64,000 bases of DNA from Alphaproteobacteria bacterium (GTDB lineage: Bacteria; Pseudomonadota; Alphaproteobacteria; UBA828). The notes under the pieces were generated by a model. It searched no databases. It saw nothing but the letters and a program-made list of their open reading frames with translations, and was not told the DNA's origin. The stretch lies in NCBI GenBank assembly GCA_963667785.2, contig CAXXMU010000001.1:256001-320000 (forward strand). The letters run 5' to 3'. How positions within the stretch are numbered: the stretch's first letter is position 1; each line of letters begins with the position of its first letter. The translations under genes and the position numbers were made by a program. Below, piece after piece: positions 22,018 through 30,621 of the stretch.

Positions 22018-23469
22018 TCACGACGGATAGATTGCGCGGCGCAGGGTCTCGGCGATCGCGCCCACCACCGGGCCGAAGGCCTGGCACTGGCCCGGATCCG
22101 GCACGATCTCCCGGACCTCCGCCTCGAGCCCGGCCAGCGGCGGCGGAGCGGGCCGGCCGGTGACGTCGAGCGCGCGGAGCGCAATCGGCACGAGGCCGGC
22201 GAGCGCCATGTCGAGGCAGCGCCCGGCGCGATCCTGCTTGGACCATGCCATGAACACGGGGCTCGCCACGTCGTTCTGGCCGAAGCCGCCCGATTCGCTG
22301 CCGGGGAGCAGCGTCGCCTGGGCGTAGAGCCGGGCCTCCTCCTCGTAGCCGGTCTGGGCCATCGGCACGCATCCCAGGTAGGTGCGGGGCGCATCGTCGC
22401 CGCCATCCGGGTCGCGCAGCTGATCGGGAAGCAGCGAGACGTTGCCGTCCAGGAGCTTCGCGCCGTGCCGCTCGGCAAGGACGCAGAGATTGGCGCACGC
22501 GGCGCTCAGCGCGTCCATGGCGAGCACCGCGTGGGGGTTGTGATAGCCGCCGTTCGTCACGAAGCGGCCGAAGGGGTGATCCTCGTCCGAATCCTCGATC
22601 CATACCGGGTTGTCGGTCACGGCCTGAAGGGATTCCGCGGCGACCTCCGCAGCCAGGGAGGCCGCGCGCCGGGCCTGGCTGAGCATGCGCGGAAGGATGC
22701 GGTAGCTGACCGGCGCCTGGTAGGGGCGCCGGTCGCCGCCGTGACCGTCCCCCACCAGCGCGCGCAGGCGATCGAGCGCCCAGCGGTCGTGGGGGTTGTT
22801 CCAGTACGCGCCAAGGGCGGCGTCGAGATGGCAGAGCGGCGCGTTGAAGGCCTCGAAGGAGAGCGCGAATACGCTGGCCGCCACGTCGAGACGGCTCTCC
22901 GCGACGAGCGCTGCATCGGTGACGAGGCCCGTGGCCGCCGGCGAGCCGTTGAGCAGGCACATCACGTCCTTGATCGCAGGCTCCGCCCCCTCCGCCAGAT
23001 CGGTGAACAGGTGCCCCAGCGAGAGGATCTCGCCCGCGCCGCCCTGGCCCCGCGCCGGGACCACGGGCATCGGGCGCCCGTCCAGCATGGCGGCGACGCG
23101 CTGCGCGATCTCCGGCGAAACGGCGGCCTCGCCTTCCACGAAGTTGGTCAGGCGCGCGAGCACGATCGCGCGCACGACGCGTTCCGGCAGCGGATCGCCC
23201 CACGACGTCGCCACCCGCGCCGGCGACATGCCGGCCCATCGCTCGCGCTGTTCGGGCGTCAACGCCTGCCGCGCGAGCTGGCCCGGACCCGTCGTCACGC
23301 CGTAGATGGTGACCTCGGGGTCATGCTCGATGATGCGCTCCAGGCGCTCCCGGCCCCGCGCCATGGCCGCGAGCGCGCCGGCGCCGAGCTCCACGCCTTC
23401 ACCCTCCCACGCCACCCGGCGGGCGGCATCGAGCGTGAAGTCGGCACGGGTTTCCACGAGTACCGTCAT
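22018..23469 (-). CDS. Aromatic amino acid ammonia-lyase (HAL/PAL) superfamily protein lacking the MIO tripeptide
   Basis: IYGVTTGPG, LLNGS, YQAPVSYR, VTDNP, NGGYH, QNDVAS; the MIO loop reads GQGGAGEI. Confidence 0.85.
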   Translation of the reverse strand: MTVLVETRADFTLDAARRVAWEGEGVELGAGALAAMARGRERLERIIEHDPEVTIYGVTTGPGQLARQALTPEQRERWAGMSPARVATSWGDPLPERVVRAIVLARLTNFVEGEAAVSPEIAQRVAAMLDGRPMPVVPARGQGGAGEILSLGHLFTDLAEGAEPAIKDVMCLLNGSPAATGLVTDAALVAESRLDVAASVFALSFEAFNAPLCHLDAALGAYWNNPHDRWALDRLRALVGDGHGGDRRPYQAPVSYRILPRMLSQARRAASLAAEVAAESLQAVTDNPVWIEDSDEDHPFGRFVTNGGYHNPHAVLAMDALSAACANLCVLAERHGAKLLDGNVSLLPDQLRDPDGGDDAPRTYLGCVPMAQTGYEEEARLYAQATLLPGSESGGFGQNDVASPVFMAWSKQDRAGRCLDMALAGLVPIALRALDVTGRPAPPPLAGLEAEVREIVPDPGQCQAFGPVVGAIAETLRRAIYPS

Positions 23470-23524
23470 GATCCGGTTCCCTGTCCGGCGAAGCGTGCGA
23501 CTCTCCGGGGGGAGGCGGGAGCGC

Positions 23525-24094
23525 CTAGCGCGCCTGCCGGCGCTTGGCCTCCTCGAGCTGGGCCTCGGTGTACTGGATGCCGATCAGCGTCTCGTAGGCG
23601 AGTGCGCTCTCGCCGGGCCTGAGCGGGATCCACTGAGCGACGTACTCCACCGTCTCGGCGCCCGTGGCCTCGTCGTCGAAGGCGATCTCCGCCGTGAAGA
23701 TCTCCTTGGCGACGATGCGGCGCCCGCCGTCGGTCAGCGCGACGAAATAGGGCGCGCTGACGCTGTCCGCGGTTGCGGCCGGCCCCCGCGTCGCACGGAT
23801 GGGCAGGGAGAACGCCACCTCGACGCTGCCGCTGCCGTCCTCGTCGATGGCGTAATCGCAGCGCTCGCTCGCCTCGCGGAGCTCCACCTCGAAGGCCACG
23901 TCGGCCTCCTCGCGCCCCGGCCCCTCGCCGTAGAGGGTGAGCACGCGTGCCTGCTGGAGGACGCTGACGCGGGGACACGGCGGAGAGTCGTCCAGGATGC
24001 CGCATCCGGCGAGCGCGCCCAGCATGGCTGCGCCGAGCAGCGGCGCAGCGAAGGCCGCCGGGCTACGCTGTCGCCTGCCCGTTCCGGTACTCAC
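23525..24094 (-). CDS. Hypothetical lipoprotein
   Basis: Lipobox LAGC followed by PPCPRV; GGAG SD before GTG at 24094. Confidence 0.75.
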   Translation of the reverse strand: MSTGTGRRQRSPAAFAAPLLGAAMLGALAGCGILDDSPPCPRVSVLQQARVLTLYGEGPGREEADVAFEVELREASERCDYAIDEDGSGSVEVAFSLPIRATRGPAATADSVSAPYFVALTDGGRRIVAKEIFTAEIAFDDEATGAETVEYVAQWIPLRPGESALAYETLIGIQYTEAQLEEAKRRQAR

Positions 24095-24120
24095 GGGAAC
24101 TCCGCCGCGAAAGGGAGAGA

Positions 24121-24360
24121 TCAGAGCGTGTTGTGCGTGCCGTCGCAGTGCGGCCCGCTCCCGGTCCGCTTGCAACCGCAGAGCCACGCGGTCTCGCTCT
24201 CCTCGGCGGTGAAGACGACGGGGCGGATGTCGGTGGTCTTGTGCGAGCCGTCGCAGAAGGGCTGGGTGCTGCTCAGGCCGCAGGCGCACCAGAAATACTT
24301 CTCCCCGGCGACGAGCTCGGTTTCGTAGGGTTCCGCCTGGGCGACGACCGGTTCGCTCAT
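24121..24360 (-). CDS. CDGSH iron-sulfur protein with two domains (MiNT/CISD3-like NEET)
   Basis: WCACGLSSTQPFCDGSH and LCGCKRTGSGPHCDGTH. Confidence 0.95.
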   Translation of the reverse strand: MSEPVVAQAEPYETELVAGEKYFWCACGLSSTQPFCDGSHKTTDIRPVVFTAEESETAWLCGCKRTGSGPHCDGTHNTL

Positions 24361-24524
24361 GGTGGGATGCCTCGGCAGTCTGCAGCGCTGGATTGGACGG
24401 CCTCAATCTAGCCGCCGCCACCGCGCCCGACAAGGCCGCCGGCCCGGTCTGCTTGATCCGGGCGGGAGTCGCGGTTTAGGGTGCGGCGCGTTCTTGCCGC
24501 GTTGTGGCGGGCGGGTGAGGGGAC

Positions 24525-25547
24525 ATGACAGCCGAACCGAGTTTCGTCGAGCTGATCGGCAAGACGCCGCTGATCCGTCTGCACGGCCCCTCCGAGGCGA
24601 CCGGCTGCGAGATCCTCGGCAAGTGCGAGTTCCTGAACCCCGGCGGCTCGGTCAAGGACCGGGCGGCGCTCTTCATAGTGCGCGACGCCGAGAAGCGCGG
24701 CGTCCTCAGGCCCGGCGGCACCATCGTCGAAGGCACCGCCGGCAACACCGGCATCGGGCTCGCGCTGGTCGGCAACGCCCTCGGCTACCGCTCGGTGATC
24801 GTGATTCCGGAGACCCAGAGCCAGGAAAAGAAGGACATGCTGCGGCTCTGCGGCGCCCGGCTCATCGAGGTGCCGGCGGTCCCCTACCGCGACCCGAACA
24901 ACTACGTGAAGTACTCGGGCCGGCTCGCCGACGAGCTCGCCGAGACGGAGCCCAACGGCGCGATCTGGGCCAACCAGTTCGACAATGTGGCCAACCGCCA
25001 GGGCCATGTGGAGACGACCGGGCCCGAGATATGGGAGCAGACCGGCGGCGGGATCGACGGCTTCATCTGCGCGGTCGGCACCGGCGGCACCCTCGCCGGC
25101 GTCGGCATGGCGCTCAAGGAGCGCAAGCCCTCGGTGACGATCGGCCTGGCCGATCCCATGGGGGCTGCGCTCTACAACCACTACGCCCACGGCGAGTTGA
25201 AGGCGGAGGGCAGCTCGATCACCGAGGGGATCGGCCAGGGCCGGATCACCGCCAATCTGGAAGACGCGCCGATCGACGTGCCGTTCCAGATTCCGGACGA
25301 GGAGGCGCTGCCGGCGATCTTCGATCTGGCGCAGAACGAGGGCCACATCATGGGCGGCTCCACCGGAATCAACGTGGCCGGCGCGATCCGCCTGGCCAGG
25401 GAGATGGGCCCGGGCCACACCATCGTCACCGTGCTCTGCGACTACGGAACCCGCTACTTCAGCAAGCTCTTCAACCCCGCATTCCTGCGCGAGCGCGGCC
25501 TGCCGGTGCCGCCCTGGCTCGATGACGCCCGTGACGCCGCCGACTGA
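24525..25547 (+). CDS. cysK: Cysteine synthase A
   Basis: KCEFLNPGGSVKDR, EGTAGNTG, GTGGT, EGIG. Confidence 0.93.
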   Translation: MTAEPSFVELIGKTPLIRLHGPSEATGCEILGKCEFLNPGGSVKDRAALFIVRDAEKRGVLRPGGTIVEGTAGNTGIGLALVGNALGYRSVIVIPETQSQEKKDMLRLCGARLIEVPAVPYRDPNNYVKYSGRLADELAETEPNGAIWANQFDNVANRQGHVETTGPEIWEQTGGGIDGFICAVGTGGTLAGVGMALKERKPSVTIGLADPMGAALYNHYAHGELKAEGSSITEGIGQGRITANLEDAPIDVPFQIPDEEALPAIFDLAQNEGHIMGGSTGINVAGAIRLAREMGPGHTIVTVLCDYGTRYFSKLFNPAFLRERGLPVPPWLDDARDAAD

Positions 25548-26253
25548 GCCGCTCTTTCGCACAAACCCCTACGCGCGCACCTGCGAGGCGCAGGTCGGCA
25601 CGCCGGCCCCCGGCGCGGTGCGGCTGGACCGCACGGTCTTCTATCCCGAGGGCGGCGGCCAGCCGGGCGACAGCGGGGTCCTGCGCGCCGCCGACGGCAG
25701 CGAGATCGCGGTGCACGGCACGCGCAAGGGCGAGGCCGCCGGCGACATCCTGCACCTCGTCGATCCCGATGCGGCCGTGCCCGCTCCGGGGAGCAGCGTG
25801 GTCGCCGAGCTCGACTGGGAGCGTCGCCACCGCCACATGCGCATGCATACCTGCCTGCATCTGCTGAGCGCCGTGATCGACGCGCCGGTGACCGGCGGGC
25901 AGCTCACGGCGGAGAAGGGGCGCCTCGACTTCGATCTCGACACCAGGCTGGAGAAGGCGGCCGTCGAGGAGGCGCTCAACGCGCTCATCGCACGCGACCT
26001 GCCGGTCGCGGCACGCTGGATCAGCGACGAATCGCTCGCCGCGCAGCCGGAGCTGGTGAAGACCATGCGAGTGAAGCCGCCCGCCGGCCAGGGCCGGGTG
26101 AGGCTGATCGACGTGGACGGCGTCGACCTCCAGCCCTGCGGCGGCACCCATGTGGCGCGAACGGGCGAGATCGGGCCGGTCGTCGTGCGCAAGATCGAGA
26201 GCAAGGGCCGCCACAACCGGCGCGTCGTCCTCGTCTTCGGAGACGCATCGTGA
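25522..26253 (+). CDS. AlaX-type alanyl-tRNA editing protein
   Basis: FYPEGGGQPGD, MRMHTCLH (HxxxH), QPCGGTH (CxxxH). Confidence 0.93.
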   Translation: MTPVTPPTEPLFRTNPYARTCEAQVGTPAPGAVRLDRTVFYPEGGGQPGDSGVLRAADGSEIAVHGTRKGEAAGDILHLVDPDAAVPAPGSSVVAELDWERRHRHMRMHTCLHLLSAVIDAPVTGGQLTAEKGRLDFDLDTRLEKAAVEEALNALIARDLPVAARWISDESLAAQPELVKTMRVKPPAGQGRVRLIDVDGVDLQPCGGTHVARTGEIGPVVVRKIESKGRHNRRVVLVFGDAS

Positions 26254-27116
26254 GCGCGGGCGATGCGCCGCTCGTCGTGAGCACCGCCTGGCTCGCCGCC
26301 AATGGCGCCGCCGGCAGCGACGTGCGGATCCTCGACGGCTCCTGGCACCTGCCGCCGCTGGCGCGCGACCCGGCCGCCGAGTTCCGCGAGGCGCACATTC
26401 CGGGCGCCGCCTTCTTCGATATCGACGGCATCTGCGATCCCGACTCCTCGCTGCCGCACATGCTGCCCCGGGCGGCGGATTTCGCCGCCGCCGTCTCGGC
26501 GCTCGGGATCGGCAACGCCTCGCACGTCGTCGTCTACGACACCGTGGGGCTCTACAGCGCCGCGCGCGTCTGGTGGATGTTCCGCGTCTTCGGGCACGGG
26601 CGCGTCTCGGTGCTCGCGGGCGGCCTGCCGCGCTGGCGGGCGGAGGGCCGGCCCGTGGAGAGCGGGGAGCCCGCGATCGCGGCGGGAGCGTTCGCGGCGA
26701 CCTACGACGGGACGCTGGTCCGCTCGTTCGAGCAGGTCCGCGCCACCCTCGAGTCGGGCGACGCGCAGATCGTGGACGCGCGTGCCGCCGCGCGCTTCAG
26801 CGGCGAGGATCCGGGGCCGAGGCCCGACCTTCCGCGCGGCCACATTCCCGGCAGTCGCAACGTGCCCTTCGACGCGGTGCTCGACGATGACGCCGCCGCG
26901 CTGGGCGAGGCGGCGGCGATCCGCCGGGCGTTCGCCGCCGCCGGCGTCGACCCCGCCCGCCCGGTCATCGCCACGTGCGGATCGGGCATCACTGCGTGTA
27001 CGCTGGCGCTCGCGCTCGCCGCCATCGGTGCCGAGCAGGTTGCCGTCTACGACGGCTCCTGGACCGATTGGGGCAGTCGCGCGGACGCGCCAGTGGAGAG
27101 CGGGGGAGCAGTCTAG
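26250..27116 (+). CDS. sseA: 3-mercaptopyruvate sulfurtransferase
   Basis: HIPGA, SAARVWWM, active-site CGSGITAC, YDGSWTDW. Confidence 0.95.
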   Translation: MSAGDAPLVVSTAWLAANGAAGSDVRILDGSWHLPPLARDPAAEFREAHIPGAAFFDIDGICDPDSSLPHMLPRAADFAAAVSALGIGNASHVVVYDTVGLYSAARVWWMFRVFGHGRVSVLAGGLPRWRAEGRPVESGEPAIAAGAFAATYDGTLVRSFEQVRATLESGDAQIVDARAAARFSGEDPGPRPDLPRGHIPGSRNVPFDAVLDDDAAALGEAAAIRRAFAAAGVDPARPVIATCGSGITACTLALALAAIGAEQVAVYDGSWTDWGSRADAPVESGGAV

Positions 27117-27128
27117 GAGCGCTCGACG

Positions 27129-28118
27129 ATGCGACGGCGACGGAACGCGCCCCTCATCTCAGCCGCGATGGCGGCGCTGCTGGCGTTCGCGCTGGCGGAC
27201 GGCGCCACTGCCAGCGACCCGCCGGCCGAGGGGGCCGTCGCGAGCGCCGCTGCCGTCGAAGCCCCGGCCAGCGACATGATCGGCGAGTTCCGCCAGGTCG
27301 TGACCGCCTACGAGGACACCCTGCTCGACCTCGCCCGCGCCAACGGCCTCGGCTACGTCGAGATGATCGCGGCCAATCCCGGCGTCGACCCGTGGGTGCC
27401 CGGCGAAAGCACGACCGTCACCCTGCCGACCGCGCACATCCTGCCCGATACCGCGCGAGAGGGCCTGGTCGTCAACCTGGCCGAGCATCGTCTCTACTTC
27501 TTCGGCGCGCCCGGCACGGAGCCGGTGACCTTCCCGCTCGGCGTCGGCCGGGAGGGATGGACGACGCCGCTCGGCACCACCGAGATCGTCCGCAAGAAGG
27601 AAAGGCCGACCTGGTATCCGCCGGAGTCGATCCGCGAGGAGAAGCCCCATCTGCCCAAGGTGGTGCCGCCCGGCCCCGACAATCCGCTCGGCAGCCACGC
27701 GCTCTACTTCGCCTGGCCCACCTACCTGATCCACGGCACCAACAGGCCGTGGGGGATCGGGCGGCGGGTCAGCCATGGGTGCATCCGCCTCTACCCGGAG
27801 GATATCGCGCGCCTCTACGCGATGGTGCCCATCGGCACGCCGGTCCACGTGATCGACCAGGCGGTCAAGGTGGGCTGGGCCGACGGCGAGCTCTTCGTCG
27901 AGGCCCATCCCGAAGCGGCCCAGGCCGACGAGCTGTCCGCCACCGGCCGCATCGAAAGCGCCGGCGCCGACTCGCTCGCCGACGTGTTCTACCGGATCAT
28001 GTCTCGGGCCGGCGACTCCCAGGACAGGCTGAACTGGAGCCTCATCCGCAAGGCGCTGGAGGAGCGGTCCGGCGTCCCCGTCAGGGTTACCGAGAACCGC
28101 ACCTCAGCCTCCGGTTAG
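27129..28118 (+). CDS. L,D-transpeptidase (ErfK/YbiS/YcfS type) with signal peptide and LysM-like N-domain
   Basis: ANPGVDPWVP, PPGPDNPLG, IHGTN..GIGRRVSHGCIRL. Confidence 0.93.
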   Translation: MRRRRNAPLISAAMAALLAFALADGATASDPPAEGAVASAAAVEAPASDMIGEFRQVVTAYEDTLLDLARANGLGYVEMIAANPGVDPWVPGESTTVTLPTAHILPDTAREGLVVNLAEHRLYFFGAPGTEPVTFPLGVGREGWTTPLGTTEIVRKKERPTWYPPESIREEKPHLPKVVPPGPDNPLGSHALYFAWPTYLIHGTNRPWGIGRRVSHGCIRLYPEDIARLYAMVPIGTPVHVIDQAVKVGWADGELFVEAHPEAAQADELSATGRIESAGADSLADVFYRIMSRAGDSQDRLNWSLIRKALEERSGVPVRVTENRTSASG

Positions 28119-28128
28119 CTTTCCCATC

Positions 28129-28148
28129 GGCGGCCCGCGACGGCCGCC
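28129..28148. terminator. GC-rich hairpin between the convergent L,D-transpeptidase and lipoprotein genes
   Basis: GGCGGCC-6 nt-GGCCGCC; no clear poly-U tail. Confidence 0.35.
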
Positions 28149-28156
28149 CACCCGGC

Positions 28157-28486
28157 CTATTTGCTGTTCATCTTCTGGAAGATGCGATCCGCCTTGTCGG
28201 CAGCCATGTGCGACGCCTCGGCCGCTGCCTCGGCTGCGCCTGCCGCGTCGCCCGCTGCCGCTGCCGCCGCCTGGGCGTTGGCGTTGGCCTCGTCCACTGC
28301 GGCCCGCAACTCGTCCACGGCCACCAGGGCCTGATTGGCGGTCTGCAGGGCCTGGTTCGCTATCGCCTCGGCGCCGGCTATGGCAGCCGCTGCCTGTTCC
28401 TGCTCTGCGGCCGACTGGCACCCGGCAGCAACCGCCAGCGGAAGGGCGAGAATCGCGATCCGCAGCGCCCACGTCTTGTTGAGCAT
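28157..28486 (-). CDS. Lpp/OprI-like alanine-zipper lipoprotein with C-terminal Lys
   Basis: Signal peptide ending AAGC, Ala-rich coiled coil, end ADKADRIFQKMNSK; very strong SD AGGAGGAGG. Confidence 0.85.
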   Translation of the reverse strand: MLNKTWALRIAILALPLAVAAGCQSAAEQEQAAAAIAGAEAIANQALQTANQALVAVDELRAAVDEANANAQAAAAAAGDAAGAAEAAAEASHMAADKADRIFQKMNSK

Positions 28487-28651
28487 AGCCTCCTCCTGAG
28501 TCCGATAGAACGCGGCGGAGTTGAGGCGATTCGCTCAATTGTGTCAAGCCGCCTCTCCCAAATAGCCGCCATTGGAACGAATTATCTTCAAATAGAAGAG
28601 CCGGGGGACTGCGTTTTTGCCGGCACGTGCCGGAGCGGCTACTCTTCTCCC

Positions 28652-29233
28652 ATGGACGGACCCTCGTCGCCCCCGCCGGGCGAGTCCGTCGATCGCGACG
28701 GGCCCGGCACGCCGGTCATCTTCGATGCGGTGCTCGCGCCGAACCGCTCGCTCGGGCGCATGGGCTTCGTCGCAGTCATGGGCGGCGTGATCGTGGTCAG
28801 CGTCGGCCTCGGCACCTATTTCCTGCTCCAGGGCGCCTGGCCGGTGCTCGGCTTCTTCGGCCTCGACATCGCGCTGCTCTATCTCGCCTTCCGCCTGAGC
28901 TACCGGTCGGGTCGCCTGCGCGAGACCATATGCGTGACCGCGAACGAGGTCGTGATCCGGCGCATCGCGCCCAACGGGCGGACGACGGAGTGGCGCTTCA
29001 ACCCGTATTGGCTGCGCGTCGCCCTCGACGAGCCGGTCGAGCACCACAGCCAGATCACGCTCTCGTCGCACGGCCGGTCGCTGGTCATCGGCCCCTTTCT
29101 CGCGCCGGAGGAACGGGCGAGCCTGGTGCAGGCGCTGCGCGAGGCCCTCGGCGAGGCCAACCGGCGCTACGACGGCGCCGGGGAGGTGCAGCCGGACCTG
29201 CAGGGGGAGGGGGCGGCTCCCGAGTCCGGCTGA
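28652..29233 (+). CDS. DUF2244 family membrane protein
   Basis: LAPNRSL, GAWPVLGFFGLD, FNPYW, IGPFLAPEER. Confidence 0.9.
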   Translation: MDGPSSPPPGESVDRDGPGTPVIFDAVLAPNRSLGRMGFVAVMGGVIVVSVGLGTYFLLQGAWPVLGFFGLDIALLYLAFRLSYRSGRLRETICVTANEVVIRRIAPNGRTTEWRFNPYWLRVALDEPVEHHSQITLSSHGRSLVIGPFLAPEERASLVQALREALGEANRRYDGAGEVQPDLQGEGAAPESG

Positions 29234-29241
29234 GGCCGGGC

Positions 29242-29733
29242 TCAGCCGATCGGCGGGGTGCGCACCGTCATCTTGCCGCGCATGGCCGCCGGCGTGTCGG
29301 CCTCCGGCACCTCGCCGCCGGCGCTCGCCTGGTAGGCGCGGGCGTAGGCGAGGACATCCGCCGCGTTTTCCGGCGTCAGGTGGCTGAAGCGCACATGGTG
29401 CTTGCCGCCCGCGCGAAAGCCCACGTTGCACGGGCTCTTGCAGCCGTTCAGGCAATAGACCGCACGCAGGTTGAGGGTCTCCGGCAGGGGGTCCGCCTCG
29501 ATCAGGTCGCGCACCGCCTCCAGCAGGAAGGTGCCCTGGCGCTTGCCGTCGCGCTCCCGCGCGGATTCGGACCAGACGCAGGAGCGGCAGACGTAGAAGG
29601 TCGTCGTCTCCTCCTCCGCCGGCGCGGGCGCCTTGCTCCGGGTGCTCCGCCTGGCCCCGGCCGGCCGAGACTTGCCCGCGCCGCCGGCGCGCGCCTTCCC
29701 GCCCTCTCGTCTCGCCGGCGTTCGCGCCGCCAT
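29242..29733 (-). CDS. DUF1636 family thioredoxin-like metal-binding protein
   Basis: VCRSC ... CLNGCKSPC ... GK; basic N-terminal extension. Confidence 0.82.
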   Translation of the reverse strand: MAARTPARREGGKARAGGAGKSRPAGARRSTRSKAPAPAEEETTTFYVCRSCVWSESARERDGKRQGTFLLEAVRDLIEADPLPETLNLRAVYCLNGCKSPCNVGFRAGGKHHVRFSHLTPENAADVLAYARAYQASAGGEVPEADTPAAMRGKMTVRTPPIG

Positions 29734-29740
29734 GGGTCGC

Positions 29741-30514
29741 CTATCCGAAGCTGTAGTAGAAGTTGAGAAGAATGCCGTTGACCTGCGTCGGCTTCTCGAT
29801 CGGGGTCCAATGCCCGCATCCGGGAAGCACGACGACGCGCGATCCGGCGATCCGGCTGCCGAGCGCCTTGACCGCCGGCGGCGGCGAGACTCCGTCCTCG
29901 TCGCCGGTGACCAGAAAGGTCGGGCAGGCGATGTCGGCCAGGTTCGCGCTGGTGGCGGCGGCGAGCGCCTCGCAGGTTCGCGCATAGCCCTCGGCATCCT
30001 GGCGCATGAGAATCTCGCGGACGAAGGCCGCCGCCGCCGGGTAGTGCGCCTTGGTCTCGGCCGAGGTCGCGACCTCCACCAGGGTGTCTGCGATCGGCGC
30101 CATGCCGCTGTTGCGGGCCGCGGCAGCACGGTCGCGGATCGCCTGGCGCGCCGGCTCCGGCGGCTCCGCGAGGGGGCCGAGCAACGCGAGGCTCTTCACC
30201 CGCTCGGGATGGTCGGCGGCGATGTGCTGGCAGACGATGGTGCCCATCGAATGGCCGCAGAGGTGGGCGGTCGGTATCTCCAGCTCGTCCATCACCGCGA
30301 TCACGTCGGCGACGAAGGATGCGATCGACAGCGCGCCCGCGGCGGGCGAGCGGCCCGAGCCTTCGAGATCGAGCCGCACGACCCGTAAGGAGCGGGCGAG
30401 CGGGCCGACCTGCGGGTACCAGCTGTTGCTGGTGCCGCCGAGGCCGTGAATCATCACCACCGCGTCGCCGTCGCCCTGCTGCTCGACCGCGATCTCCTTG
30501 CCGTTGATCTCCAT
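29741..30514 (-). CDS. Alpha/beta hydrolase (PcaD enol-lactonase-like)
   Basis: IHGLGG, GHSMG nucleophile, GDED, CGHW. Confidence 0.9.
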   Translation of the reverse strand: MEINGKEIAVEQQGDGDAVVMIHGLGGTSNSWYPQVGPLARSLRVVRLDLEGSGRSPAAGALSIASFVADVIAVMDELEIPTAHLCGHSMGTIVCQHIAADHPERVKSLALLGPLAEPPEPARQAIRDRAAAARNSGMAPIADTLVEVATSAETKAHYPAAAAFVREILMRQDAEGYARTCEALAAATSANLADIACPTFLVTGDEDGVSPPPAVKALGSRIAGSRVVVLPGCGHWTPIEKPTQVNGILLNFYYSFG

Positions 30515-30621
30515 CGCTCGCGACTCCCGTGACGACACCCCGGCGCGCCGGCCGCTTCAGCACATAGCATGCGGCGGCACCGGCCGGATAGGCGCTTTGC
30601 GCGGCCGCTCCCCCGGCGTGA

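Noticed and set aside
26975-29233. 752-aa ORF as a large fusion protein
   Set aside because: Only the last 193 aa (DUF2244, from 28652) look real; the rest overlaps the L,D-transpeptidase and lipoprotein genes out of frame or antisense.
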